A stretch of 64,000 nucleotides of DNA from an uncultured Methanosarcinaceae archaeon (lineage in GTDB: Archaea; Halobacteriota; Methanosarcinia; Methanosarcinales; Methanosarcinaceae): the NCBI GenBank assembly GCA_963721455.1, contig CAVRJG010000015.1:32001-96000 (forward strand), written 5' to 3'. Shown here in pieces: positions 63,329-64,000 of this stretch. The notes beneath the pieces are model-generated. The model saw only the letters and a program-made list of their open reading frames with translations. It did not search any database and was not told the DNA's origin. Numbering within the stretch: position 1 is the first letter of the stretch; each line of letters opens with the position of its first letter. The position numbers and the translations under genes were made by a program.

Positions 63329-64000
63329 AGGTGCACCTCAATCTGGAGCATACATTTGGTTAATATATATATAATGTTCGCCAGGGCACTCAAGTAGACT
63401 CCTCGTAAATGCTGTGGCACTCCTCATTGGGCTTTGTTGCAAAAATACTCTTTATCTTCAAGTATTTATTCCGGCGTTAAATCAAACGGGCTTCCTGCTT
63501 TAAGACCTGCGGACCAGCAAATAATGATGCCCAACCAGCCACTTTTGCAACTATCTCTCTTTTCTTTCCTCAGGAGATCCGTAGTACCCTTCTGGACTTC
63601 ATTAATGTCTCAAGGCTGCAAAATTTCAGGACGGATGGATAATTCAGCCCTATTTTTCGCGTCTTTCCTGGCTCAATAGAATAAGAAAAGGAAATCAGAC
63701 ACGTTAGCAGAATAGGCGTGCCTGATGGTGATTAAGCCGGCTGGCAGGGCAGGGAATCCGGCACCGAAAAGAACGGGTAAAAGACGTTATTCAGGGGACC
63801 CGGAATAAGCTTAACGAGCATCAGATATTTCCGGTTTTTTTGGAGTAAGAATTATCGACTCCCATTTATCGCCCTCATCCATAACCTTTTTATACAAAGT
63901 ATTATATTAGACGTTATTGTACACAAATATACTTCAATGATAATTAAACATACGTCAGTGATATTTAATGCACGCTACAATCCTCCATATCCTCAACACA

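Noticed and set aside
1-64000. Pyrrolysine (TAG) read-through genes, tRNA or rRNA genes
   Set aside because: No gene noticed split at an in-frame TAG and no tRNA/rRNA signatures recognised by eye; tRNAscan-SE would be needed to exclude them fully

Overview
A Methanosarcina-like archaeal chromosome segment, judged from gene content and AT-rich intergenic DNA. It is mostly housekeeping and metabolic genes: LonA, MarR/MATE, glnA2, fprA, ornithine decarboxylase, vorCBA, acyl-CoA synthetase, leuC/hacA, hisE, aroK/aroQ/purE, dph5/dph6, trx/trxB and TPR proteins. Three mobile elements are clear: an IS200-type tnpA element, an IS1182-family element inserted exactly into the loop of that IS200's end hairpin, and a complete group II intron (27922-30064) whose EBS1/EBS2 match the flanking exon. 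The most striking unexplained feature is an ORF-free array of four paralogous ~95-nt units at 16.7, 17.1, 17.6 and 20.8 kb. Each has its own conserved TATA-like promoter motif and two hairpins with compensatory and G-U changes, whose loops display AUAGGG-like motifs. This looks like a multicopy structured sRNA family, possibly a protein sponge. Other points: an unlisted 55-aa ORF, a probable AUA start codon for the PhoU-type regulator, a G-rich repeat/G4 tract, MarR operator palindromes and a frameshifted secreted-protein gene. All family assignments come from motif recognition, not database searches.
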